From an uncultured Bacteroidales bacterium (GTDB lineage: Bacteria > Bacteroidota > Bacteroidia > Bacteroidales > UBA1402): 64,000 nucleotides of DNA. The DNA lies in assembly GCA_942493385.1 (NCBI GenBank), contig OW818699.1, positions 726,808 through 790,807 of the forward strand, written 5' to 3'. Numbering within the stretch: the first letter of the stretch is position 1; the number at the start of each line of letters is the position of its first letter. Under the pieces are notes generated by a model that did no database searches, was not told the origin of the DNA, and saw nothing but the letters and a program-made list of their open reading frames with translations. Shown here in pieces: positions 52,502 through 61,697 of the stretch. Made by a program: the position numbers and the translations under genes.

Positions 52502-54853
52502 ATGGCTTCAGTTAAGGTGAAACTTTTCCTTGTTTCGGCCCTTATTTTATTTCCCTTTGTCGGTTTCTCGCAGAAAGGTCGGATAAAGTCGGGTGACGTA
52601 CCAGCAGTGCTCAAAATTTGGTCTGTTGAGAGAAACTCCGTAAGGATTACACTGATACCAAAAGTCGATGAAGGCAAGCTGTCAGACAACCCAGCTATCG
52701 ATGAGCGGAGTTGGCCTCAACCTGCGTTATGCATCGAGAGCATTAATAAACCTATTAAGAAGAAGGTTGGTAACCTGTATGCCAAAGTTCTTCCCAATCC
52801 TCTAAGAGTACTAATTTCAAATAGTAAAGGCATTGTTATTCAGTCTATTACTTTTAATAAGGAAGGCGGCTTTACCTTTTTGAAAACCAAGAGGCCTGTA
52901 TTGGGAATGGGTGAAGGTGGACCGAGGCCAATTAGGGGGACGAATTGGAGAACGGCATCTGTAGAATTCGATCGGAACGGGCGTTTCCACCCAATGCAAC
53001 CACGCTGGCAAAGCGATGCCTATGGATCGCGCAATCCTGTCCCGCTAATGATTGGAACTGAAGGCTGGGCACTTTTCGTAGCTGCTCCATGGGGACAGAT
53101 TGATTTGAGACCCGATGGACAAGCCTTGTTTATTCCGCTCGACCAGAGCAGCCAGGGGAAAGTTCAACAAACGGTCAACAATCAGGGGCAAAATCTCGGG
53201 AAAGGGCTTCCTCCATCCGATCATTACATCGAGGGACTCATCGACCTATTCGTTTTCGACGCCACTGAACCCTCCATTTTTATGAAGGAACTTTCGTTGA
53301 TCACAGGTCCTTCGGTCATGCCGCCTCGCTGGTCACTCGGATTCATGCAATCCCATCGCACCCTTCGGGATGAGAACCAAATGCTCTGGGTAATAAACAC
53401 GTTCAGAGAAAAGATGATGCCGCTCGATGCAGTTATTTATCTTGGTACAGGATTCACTCCGACAGGCTGGAACAAAAACCAACCTTCGTTTGAATTCAAT
53501 CCGAAAGTGTTCTTGAGAAACCCTGAAGAAGTGATCGACGAAATTCATAAAAATCATGTCAAAATCGTTCTTCACATGGTGCCTTGGGACCGCAACAAAC
53601 TTCCTACCCTTCAAGGTAACATACCTGCTTTACCCGGAGAAATCGTGGATGAATCGCATATTGAGAATTACTGGAAGCAGCATGAAGGTCTGGTAAAGTC
53701 GGGCATTGATGCTTTCTGGCCTGACGAAGGGGACTGGTTCAACCTATATGAACGAATAAAGAGGCATCAGATGTATTATCAGGGTCCCATCTCAACAACT
53801 CCGAATGTCCGGCCTTGGAGTCTCCATCGAAATGGCTATCTGGGAATTGCAAAATGGGGCGGATGGGTTTGGTCGGGAGATACAGAATCATCATGGAAGA
53901 CATTGGAGGCACAAATCGCAGTTGGTATCAATCATTCACTCAGTATCGGACCATATTGGGGTTCTGATATCGGAGGGTTCTATCCCAATAATGAAAAAAC
54001 CGGGGAACTTTATGCCCGGTGGTTTCAGTTCGGTGCTTTCTGTGGCTCATTCAGGTCCCATGGCAGGACTTGGTACACTGCTATTCCATGGGGATGGGGA
54101 TTGAGTGATATGGGGCCACTTGAGAATAATAATTCCAATTCATCTGCCAATGCTCGCAACAATCCGCTTCAGACGGAAATGAATAACCCTCTAATTGAGC
54201 AGATTACAAAAAAGTACGACGAACTAAGGTATCAATTGCTTCCATATACGTATACACTTTCCTGGCAGGCAAGAACCACCGGTATGCCTTTGATGAGGGT
54301 ATTGTGGCTTCATTACCCGAAGGACAGCATCGCAGCATCGATTGGAAATCAATACCTGTGGGGAAAAGACATGATGGTCGCTCCTGTTTTTGAAGAAGGA
54401 GCTACAAAAAGAAGCCTATACCTTCCTGATGGTTTATGGTACGATTGGTGGACAAATGAATCCGTAAAAGGTGGAGGTTTTACTTCGCGTTCTGTTGACT
54501 TATCCGTATTGCCAATCTATGTGAAAGCTGGCGGAATAATTCCTGTCGATCCGATAAGACAGTTTGCGGACGAAATGATCAAGGAGCCTACTACGATTAA
54601 AATTTATACTGGTGCAGACGGGCAATTTACATTGTATGAAGATGATGGGCTAAGCCTTGACTATTTGAAAGGTGTTGGCAATTGGACACGTTTTTCATGG
54701 AACGATAAGAACCAATCATTAACGATTGAACCGGCAGCGCCTGCAGGATCTGTCAATAAACCGGAGAATCGTTCATTCGCGATTGAATTGCAGCCAAGTG
54801 GCAAAACACGCACAATGAACTATAGGGGCAATAAAGTACATGCTACTTTCTGA
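52502..54853 (+). CDS. Glycoside hydrolase family 31
   Basis: 783 aa with a signal peptide. The catalytic-region motifs are DAFWPDEGDW and WGSDIGGF. It has the GH31 N-terminal beta-sandwich + barrel + C-terminal beta-domain layout. Confidence 0.8.
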   Translation: MASVKVKLFLVSALILFPFVGFSQKGRIKSGDVPAVLKIWSVERNSVRITLIPKVDEGKLSDNPAIDERSWPQPALCIESINKPIKKKVGNLYAKVLPNPLRVLISNSKGIVIQSITFNKEGGFTFLKTKRPVLGMGEGGPRPIRGTNWRTASVEFDRNGRFHPMQPRWQSDAYGSRNPVPLMIGTEGWALFVAAPWGQIDLRPDGQALFIPLDQSSQGKVQQTVNNQGQNLGKGLPPSDHYIEGLIDLFVFDATEPSIFMKELSLITGPSVMPPRWSLGFMQSHRTLRDENQMLWVINTFREKMMPLDAVIYLGTGFTPTGWNKNQPSFEFNPKVFLRNPEEVIDEIHKNHVKIVLHMVPWDRNKLPTLQGNIPALPGEIVDESHIENYWKQHEGLVKSGIDAFWPDEGDWFNLYERIKRHQMYYQGPISTTPNVRPWSLHRNGYLGIAKWGGWVWSGDTESSWKTLEAQIAVGINHSLSIGPYWGSDIGGFYPNNEKTGELYARWFQFGAFCGSFRSHGRTWYTAIPWGWGLSDMGPLENNNSNSSANARNNPLQTEMNNPLIEQITKKYDELRYQLLPYTYTLSWQARTTGMPLMRVLWLHYPKDSIAASIGNQYLWGKDMMVAPVFEEGATKRSLYLPDGLWYDWWTNESVKGGGFTSRSVDLSVLPIYVKAGGIIPVDPIRQFADEMIKEPTTIKIYTGADGQFTLYEDDGLSLDYLKGVGNWTRFSWNDKNQSLTIEPAAPAGSVNKPENRSFAIELQPSGKTRTMNYRGNKVHATF

Positions 54854-54923
54854 TACCAACAGAATAATTGAAATTCAGCACTGCAACGAATACTGTGTTG
54901 AAGCAATCTGAAAAATCCAGCAT

Positions 54924-56039
54924 CTAAGGCATCAACACCAATCTGAATCCAGTCGTACTCTTTCTGTCTTCCGGGAAATTGTAACTGCGGAATGCTTTGA
55001 AAGCGTAAATTGAATTGACCGAATAGGCGCCACCACGAATCACCCGCATGGTCCCTGTAAGCGGTCCAGTTGGGTTGGTAGCATCTGCACTTTGGTATTT
55101 ACTTGCATACAGGTCACTGCACCATTCCCAAACATTTCCACTCATATCGTATAGACCCAAATTGTTGGGAAGCTTGGTGCCTACGGGATGCGTTGTGTTT
55201 GTTGAATTGGAATATTGCCACATGAAATCCCCGTATTTGGCAAAATCGGATGTACCAGCCCAAAGTGTCAAGGTGTCTTTTCCACCACCAGCAGCATACT
55301 CCCATTCGGATTCTGTCGGAAGGCGATAGATTTTCCCGGAAACCTGGTTCAGCTTTTGTAGGAACAATTGAATGTCTTGATAATTAACCGATTCAACTGG
55401 CAAATCTTCACCGACAAAAAAGCTTGGATTAGAGCCCATGATGGCTTTCCACAATTCTTGTGTGACTTCGGTTTCTCCCATCATGAAGGTAGATAATGTT
55501 ACCAGATGCGTCGGATAATGATCATCAACAGCCGGAGGAGTTGACGTAAAGGTACCACCCATCGTGTACGATCCACCTGGAATTGTTACCATGTCGAATG
55601 TTGGTATTTCCAATGTTTTGAACGTCTGTTGGTTGCCATAAGCGATTGAATTGTCGGCTTTAACCACAAATGCTCTGACATAGTAAACCGTACCAGGTGT
55701 TAATCCGCTTAGCGAATAATTAAAATCATTTTGATTGGCATCGGTCGATCTCAAACTGTCCTGTGTTGTCGGATTCTGACTGTTACTCCAACAAATGCCC
55801 ACACTTGTGATTTCAAGATTTTCTGTATTGTATAAAAAGCCTCTGCATCTGGCACCGTCAACCGTAATTTTATCAACACTTTCTGTTGTGACATTGATTT
55901 TGGAAAGTGTTTCATCTTGTGCGCAATTCGTGAAAAATGTTACAAGACCCAGAAATAGGAGCGCCTTTAAGGAGGAATTGATGGGGTTTTTCATAATAAG
56001 ATTAAGAATGTGTGTGTACAAATGTACAAATAATTTCAT
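54924..56039 (-). CDS. Lipoprotein with Fn3-like domain and formylglycine-generating-enzyme (SUMF1/FGE) fold domain
   Basis: The ATGs at 56039 and 55994 are both in frame; 55994 gives the lipoprotein signal MKNPINSSLKALLFLGLVTFFTNC. FGE-type motifs: MGETEVTQELW, YRLPTESEWEYAAGGG, MSGNVWEWCSD, RVIRGGAY. Confidence 0.8.
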   Translation of the reverse strand: MKLFVHLYTHILNLIMKNPINSSLKALLFLGLVTFFTNCAQDETLSKINVTTESVDKITVDGARCRGFLYNTENLEITSVGICWSNSQNPTTQDSLRSTDANQNDFNYSLSGLTPGTVYYVRAFVVKADNSIAYGNQQTFKTLEIPTFDMVTIPGGSYTMGGTFTSTPPAVDDHYPTHLVTLSTFMMGETEVTQELWKAIMGSNPSFFVGEDLPVESVNYQDIQLFLQKLNQVSGKIYRLPTESEWEYAAGGGKDTLTLWAGTSDFAKYGDFMWQYSNSTNTTHPVGTKLPNNLGLYDMSGNVWEWCSDLYASKYQSADATNPTGPLTGTMRVIRGGAYSVNSIYAFKAFRSYNFPEDRKSTTGFRLVLMP

Positions 56040-56050
56040 TATCTATATGT

Positions 56051-58828
56051 TCATTTTACTACGATCTGATGCGTTGAACGTGAAACTTGTATGGAAGCAA
56101 TAAATTCTCTATCACTCGATTTTAGGATGATTATCTTCTTCCCATCAACTGTTACTTCCGGCACATAGCCTGGAAGGACAAAGATGGAAAGTCTGGTGGT
56201 ATGACTGTTGCCCGTCCTATTTTCAAGGGTAAAGTCGACCACTTTTAGATCAGGAGTGATGCTGATCTTTTTTTCATTGGCAAACCCATCACGGTAAAAT
56301 GAAATGGTTGTTCTAACGCCTTTTGAAACAAGTGACAAACGATCTCTAAGCCCGTCTCTCGGAATAACGGTAAAACCTTTCTTGTCTTGACTCAGTATTC
56401 CACCGTAGGCCATCCAACCGAACAAGGGATCCTCTGCTACAACGGTTGCAGCCATGCGAATGCCTGCCCCGTTTCCAAGATCGGCCTCGCCATCGTAATA
56501 CCATGCTCCGCGATCTACATCTTTCCGGATCCATGCACGAGCGGTTTTGCACTCCATAAAAGCCCATCCCATGGCGCCATCGTTTTGCTTGCCCGGTGCC
56601 CAGAAACCATAGTTCGATTCTGCCGTACCGGTATTCATCAAGGCCCAGGAACTCAAGTAGGAGGCATACCCCAACTGAAGCCAATCGTACGGTTTTTCCG
56701 CAAAGTTTATTCCATAATCCAGAATGGACCATCCGCCCATTTTCGCCATATAGCTGAGCGTATGTGTGTCTGAACTGTTGGTAAAGTCACTTCCCAGAAG
56801 GTAGTATTTGGTTTCAAGCCAGCCTCTGACAGCCAGCCCTGCCGTATTTTGTCGGTCCATGAATGCACGTGAGTCTTCCTGCCGAACAACTGGATGAGAG
56901 AGCCACACACTGTCATTTCGGTTGTACCATAGGTTGTGGTCTGGTTTCATCGCATTCAGCGTGCCATATTTTGCAAAAGCATAGGAGGATTCGAAAGCAG
57001 TACGATCGAGCGCGTATTCCGACCTAAATGGGTATTTATCATCGTATACAAAATACTTTACCTTCTTCTCATACTCGGCTCTGAGCCAATCAGACTCCTT
57101 AGTCCTACCTTCTGCGGTCAGATCTGCCATCAGCTTTTCCAACACCAGTTCGTTGTAACATCCCCATTTGTAGGTTTCGTACCAAGGAAGAATCTCATAG
57201 GGATAGAGGAAATAGGCCCTTGCTGTCTGATAAGCACGTTCGAGATAGCCTTTCGCATCCAGATAGTGAACCTTATCCGGATACATTTTGGCAACTTCAT
57301 ACATGTGGTAGTAAAGCATTACAATGTGCGGATAGTCGTACGAACGCCAGATGTGCATTTTCTCAAGGTTGGTCGTGCTTGTCTTGGCTCTGGCTACTGG
57401 ATCACGGGCTTCCTTCCAGTTGGGAACGCCATAAACGCCATACGGGTATGGTACGTCTTTATCCGTTCTCTGAAGACCGTTCCATACAAATTCTTTCAGA
57501 TAGTATTCCAGCGATGCAATTTCTTTATCAACAGGGAAATAGACGTTTTTGGCAGCAACGTATGGTGCTTTACAGAGGCCAGGATCATCGCTCGCAAGTA
57601 CGTAGCCCCAAAATCCATCATAGCCATCGGTGTTGTCGGGTCCCCTTAAGACACCGTTTTTCATGTCGTATGCCGAATAAAGTCCTTTGTACCATTTCGT
57701 TGTGTCTAGATGCTGTGTGCTGTTCACAATGAAAGAGCTGCGCTTTTTAATGAGCGTTTCAAGCGGCTCCGTCGAGAAAAACTCCAGGTAGGTTTTTTCA
57801 TTGTTTCCGTAATAAACGGTAAGCATGTTCTCACCCAGTTTCTTAAAGCCAACTTCGTAGATAAAATGTCCGGGTTGTTTTTCGCCCAGAAATTTCAAGG
57901 ATGTTTTTCCTTTGAACTCCGGCACGATGGAATCAATTTTATTTTTGGTGTGAAGGGAGAACTGTGCCGTGAGGTCAGTAGGTATGGTCATTCCTGGGAC
58001 CACTCGGATATCAAACAATCCCTCCTCATAAAGGATTTGCCTCATGTCGTCCCAGCTATTGGCCCACATCAACTTAAAGCCGTAGTTTACAGATTGCTTT
58101 GGGCTGATGCTCCGTTTGGTAAATTCCTGGCGCCAGGTACCGCTCGTCACGGCGTTTCCTGCCACAAAAGAGTGAATATATGCTTTATACCCTCCTCTGC
58201 CATTATCGAAGTACTCCAGTTTGGTTCCCTTTTTGGGAAGTACCATGATGAAGGGTGGTTCACCTGACGGTTTCGTAAAATACAGGAAAGATCCGTTTCC
58301 TGAAATGTAATGATGCTTGGTGAAACACTTTTCAAAGATTTCTTCCGGGTTTTCTCCAGAAGCTCTTTTCCATGGTAGATAAATGGCAAGGTCTCCGATT
58401 TCGACAGGCAAGCTGCCTTCGCTTGTAATGGAAATATCGTAATCAAGGCCTTTGCTATTGAGTGTAAAACCCTGCTTGACACTCAAAGGACTACCAGTTT
58501 CAGCCGAAGTCAATATAACGGACGAAGCGCTCATGGATTGGATGTTCATGGTCGTATCCTTCATTTCATTCCATATACCGTTGTCGGACTTGTAAACAAG
58601 TTTTATCCTTCCCCAAGTTGATCGGTTGTTGATGATGTCGGCCTTGAATTTGTCCCCCGGATCGATCAGCGATGTAATCCCTCTGGCAGAAACCGTTGCT
58701 CGGATCTTGTCGTTTTGAAGAATCTGAGTTTTGGACAGAGTTTGCCCAGTCAGCAAGGTGGAGGTGACTAACATGACAGCCGTTAGGCATAAGAAAAGGA
58801 TGTATTTAGACGTGTTTTCTGGTATCAT
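56051..58828 (-). CDS. Large secreted protein of unknown function in a PUL (candidate glycan-active enzyme)
   Basis: The ORF-track start at 58867 is TTG; the ATG at 58828 gives 925 aa with a signal peptide (YILFLCLTAVMLVTSTLLTGQ). I can name no motif. The aromatic-rich central and C-terminal region is compatible with an alpha/alpha-toroid. Confidence 0.5.
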   Translation of the reverse strand: MIPENTSKYILFLCLTAVMLVTSTLLTGQTLSKTQILQNDKIRATVSARGITSLIDPGDKFKADIINNRSTWGRIKLVYKSDNGIWNEMKDTTMNIQSMSASSVILTSAETGSPLSVKQGFTLNSKGLDYDISITSEGSLPVEIGDLAIYLPWKRASGENPEEIFEKCFTKHHYISGNGSFLYFTKPSGEPPFIMVLPKKGTKLEYFDNGRGGYKAYIHSFVAGNAVTSGTWRQEFTKRSISPKQSVNYGFKLMWANSWDDMRQILYEEGLFDIRVVPGMTIPTDLTAQFSLHTKNKIDSIVPEFKGKTSLKFLGEKQPGHFIYEVGFKKLGENMLTVYYGNNEKTYLEFFSTEPLETLIKKRSSFIVNSTQHLDTTKWYKGLYSAYDMKNGVLRGPDNTDGYDGFWGYVLASDDPGLCKAPYVAAKNVYFPVDKEIASLEYYLKEFVWNGLQRTDKDVPYPYGVYGVPNWKEARDPVARAKTSTTNLEKMHIWRSYDYPHIVMLYYHMYEVAKMYPDKVHYLDAKGYLERAYQTARAYFLYPYEILPWYETYKWGCYNELVLEKLMADLTAEGRTKESDWLRAEYEKKVKYFVYDDKYPFRSEYALDRTAFESSYAFAKYGTLNAMKPDHNLWYNRNDSVWLSHPVVRQEDSRAFMDRQNTAGLAVRGWLETKYYLLGSDFTNSSDTHTLSYMAKMGGWSILDYGINFAEKPYDWLQLGYASYLSSWALMNTGTAESNYGFWAPGKQNDGAMGWAFMECKTARAWIRKDVDRGAWYYDGEADLGNGAGIRMAATVVAEDPLFGWMAYGGILSQDKKGFTVIPRDGLRDRLSLVSKGVRTTISFYRDGFANEKKISITPDLKVVDFTLENRTGNSHTTRLSIFVLPGYVPEVTVDGKKIIILKSSDREFIASIQVSRSTHQIVVK

Positions 58829-58852
58829 GATGCGGATTGTTAGGAAAATTGT

Positions 58853-58895
58853 AAAAGGCCGCCCCAAGCATTTTTGCTTTTGAGACGGCCTCTTT
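58853..58895 (-). terminator. Possible terminator/attenuator hairpin between GH127 and the 925-aa gene
   Basis: On the minus strand, AAGAGGCCG...CGGCCTTTT (9 bp including one G.T) with an inner AAGCA/TGCTT pairing, followed by a T-rich tail. Confidence 0.4.
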
Positions 58896-58914
58896 ATGCT
58901 AAGTTAAATAAGAT

Positions 58915-61650
58915 TTACTTCTTAATCCAGATCATTGAAGCCGGCGACCTGTCTCCCTGTGCAGGGGTTCCCAGGCGGTTTGCTCTCAAATAGTTCGGAA
59001 TGGCAACCAACGGTGTTCCGTCTGCCCATTGGCCTGTGATCGTCATAGTTCCATTGAATAAATCGGGTCTCCATACAAGTTTAAACGGCCCTTTTCCAAC
59101 TGCTTTGGTGATGTCCTGATTGTCTGCTTTTTCAACATTATAGATGAGTGGACCATAACGGAATGCAACTCGCCCAGTGTCTGCCAAAATATGTTCATCA
59201 GCCGTGATTTGTTGAATTTCCATTGGGATTTCCAAGTCGATCTTATCACCTTTTTTCCAGTCACGAGTGATGGCAATATAGCCGTTAACGATTTTCATCG
59301 GAACATTTTTACCATTAATGGCCAACGATTTCAGCGTGTTGAGTTCAGGTACGGAAGTATAGAGAACACTTGTTTTACGGTTTGGAACTCGCACATAAAC
59401 GGTGAATTTCTTAGCCTGTTTTGGATTTACAGTGATCGAAACAGCACCCTTCCATGGATAGTCTGTTTTCTGAACCATTTCCACATCGGTACCTACCACG
59501 CGTTCAACTTTTATGGTGCTTCCAACGTACATGTTCACATAGATGCCGTCATCACCTGTAACATACGTCCAGGTCGGGATCATCAGTAAGGTACGTGGTA
59601 TATTGCCGACGCAGCACGGGCAAACATGCCATGGGTCACGTGGACGGGAGGTTGTAAGTGGGTTTGTGTAATAGAAGTTTTTGGCCTCATAATCGATGGA
59701 ACCCAAAAGCGCATTATACATGGATTCTTCGTAAAGGTCAGCGTATTTTGCATCCTGATAGGCAATGTTCATCTTGTATTGGAAGAAAATCAGGCCACAA
59801 GTGGAACACGACTCACAATAGGCATTGTTTCCAAGGGAGTAATTTCCTCCAAATCCTTCTGAAGTTTCACCGCTTCCAACACCGCCGGTAACATAATATT
59901 TTTTGTTTACCATGTTGTTCCACAAAGACATGACGGCACTTTGATAGTCGATGTCACCTGTTTGGGCTGCAACGTCTGACATGGCAGAATACGTATAAAC
60001 TGCGCGAACAGCATGTCCAACAGCTTCATATTGTTCAACGACAGGCAAATGGCTTTGATCGTATTCACTTCCACCTGCACGGCTGTCAAGCAGGAATTTT
60101 GCTAGTGTGACGTAACTGTCACCTCTTCCGTTACCTTCCATATCGTTGACGAAACGGCCAAAACGAACCAGTGCCTGTTCCATTTCCTGATGCCCATCGT
60201 ACCATACCTTTTTACCTGGACCGACACCAATGTTTTTCACCCAACAATCGGCCAGTTTCTTGGCTGCTTCGTACAGTCTTTTGTCTTTTCCGTTGGTCAG
60301 CGTATAGTGATTAATGGCCGATTCAATGAAATAACCTGCCACGTATCCTTCATGTTCTCCGCGACCTGGATCGGTCCATCGCTCTTTCCAACGACCATCG
60401 GGGTTGCGAAGTGTAAATGCAGTCTGGAGATAACCGTCAGGTTCCTGAGCGGCAATGATGATGGGAATCCACTTTTCGAGCGTGATCTTCATTTTTTCTT
60501 GTGCAGCAATGATGTCTTTGTCTCCTTGCGGATCAACCATCAGTGCGATACACATGGACTCAACGGTTTGATGTACCCATGCATTGGAAAATACATATCC
60601 CAGATGCTTGCCATGAGGTTCGCCTCTTACTGCCTTCGCTGCTTCAATGAAGTTGTCAATACCACCTTGACCGGTGGTAAGGTCCGTACGCTCGCACTGA
60701 GCTGCACAATAAGGTATCCAACTTGTGATCAATGCTTTGGCGCGGTCATTCCATACTGGATTATCAATCTTGTATTTTTTTGTATAGACTACATCCAGCC
60801 TTTTGCCTTTGGGAGGAAAATGGACTATAGTCTTGAGTGATGCGGATGATTTCATTTCTCCAGCCTGTGAGGATAGGCTAAGCGCATAATCACCGGGAAT
60901 GGTGAAGGTGGCAGTAGTTTTCAGAGCCGACGGATTAGCGAATACGACCTTACCGGGACCAGTTGCACTCCATAACGTGTTTTTCAGTGGGTCAACAGAC
61001 TTGATTTCAGCAGCAAGATAGGTTTTGCCTCCTACCATGACGTCACGATCTCCACCAACTGTAATTACAGGAGCAATTTCAGGAGAATTCAGAGTTTTTA
61101 ATACTTTCCATTCGAGCAAGGTTGATGCAAAACGTTCAACGGAATCCAGCTCAAGCCGGAGTCTGGTCGTTTTGACTTCATCAAATTTTGTAGCATTGTA
61201 TTGGTTGTTGATCAATTCATAACCAACTGGATTATTGACTGGTACAAAAGCCTTACCGTCCCAGTATTTGAGTCGATGCGCCTGTGGAAATTTTGCAAGA
61301 TTATCATAGTTGAACCAGAAAAGTTGCACCTCGTCAATCGTAACAGGATTCTGCCATTCGTATTGAACCCACTGTGCAGTTAGTCTTCGTGACCTACCTC
61401 TCTGGGTTTGCGTAGCGTTCGGGTTTGCAGCCTGATTCGCATATTGACGCATCTGTTCGGAAACCACATTGGGAGTCAATCCATCGTTTAAAGAAGCATT
61501 TTGACCACCGCCTTGCCCCATTCCTGTAACTTTTGCCAGAACAGCAATATTTGCTTTTCCGGTTTTAGCCTCTTGACCTGAACTCGGGAGGGTATGTGCT
61601 ATCCCAAATAGTGCCAAAAGTACAATAATAAAAATTCTGCTTTTTTTCAT
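58915..61650 (-). CDS. Glycoside hydrolase family 127 (beta-L-arabinofuranosidase-type, DUF1680) with N-terminal discoidin-like domain
   Basis: 911 aa with a signal peptide. Motifs: YEAVGHAVRAVYTYSAM and a Cys-rich zinc/catalytic region (ESCSTCG, HVCPCCVGNIPR), as in GH127. Confidence 0.8.
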   Translation of the reverse strand: MKKSRIFIIVLLALFGIAHTLPSSGQEAKTGKANIAVLAKVTGMGQGGGQNASLNDGLTPNVVSEQMRQYANQAANPNATQTQRGRSRRLTAQWVQYEWQNPVTIDEVQLFWFNYDNLAKFPQAHRLKYWDGKAFVPVNNPVGYELINNQYNATKFDEVKTTRLRLELDSVERFASTLLEWKVLKTLNSPEIAPVITVGGDRDVMVGGKTYLAAEIKSVDPLKNTLWSATGPGKVVFANPSALKTTATFTIPGDYALSLSSQAGEMKSSASLKTIVHFPPKGKRLDVVYTKKYKIDNPVWNDRAKALITSWIPYCAAQCERTDLTTGQGGIDNFIEAAKAVRGEPHGKHLGYVFSNAWVHQTVESMCIALMVDPQGDKDIIAAQEKMKITLEKWIPIIIAAQEPDGYLQTAFTLRNPDGRWKERWTDPGRGEHEGYVAGYFIESAINHYTLTNGKDKRLYEAAKKLADCWVKNIGVGPGKKVWYDGHQEMEQALVRFGRFVNDMEGNGRGDSYVTLAKFLLDSRAGGSEYDQSHLPVVEQYEAVGHAVRAVYTYSAMSDVAAQTGDIDYQSAVMSLWNNMVNKKYYVTGGVGSGETSEGFGGNYSLGNNAYCESCSTCGLIFFQYKMNIAYQDAKYADLYEESMYNALLGSIDYEAKNFYYTNPLTTSRPRDPWHVCPCCVGNIPRTLLMIPTWTYVTGDDGIYVNMYVGSTIKVERVVGTDVEMVQKTDYPWKGAVSITVNPKQAKKFTVYVRVPNRKTSVLYTSVPELNTLKSLAINGKNVPMKIVNGYIAITRDWKKGDKIDLEIPMEIQQITADEHILADTGRVAFRYGPLIYNVEKADNQDITKAVGKGPFKLVWRPDLFNGTMTITGQWADGTPLVAIPNYLRANRLGTPAQGDRSPASMIWIKK

Positions 61651-61697
61651 GATGATTAGATTTGAAATAGTGTTATCCGTTATTCAGTATGTCACAA

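Noticed and set aside
56936-60840. Antisense ORFs of 237, 170, 185 and 216 aa inside the 925-aa and GH127 genes
   Set aside because: Shadow ORFs opposite strongly supported coding frames. They have no motifs, and several are mutually overlapping.
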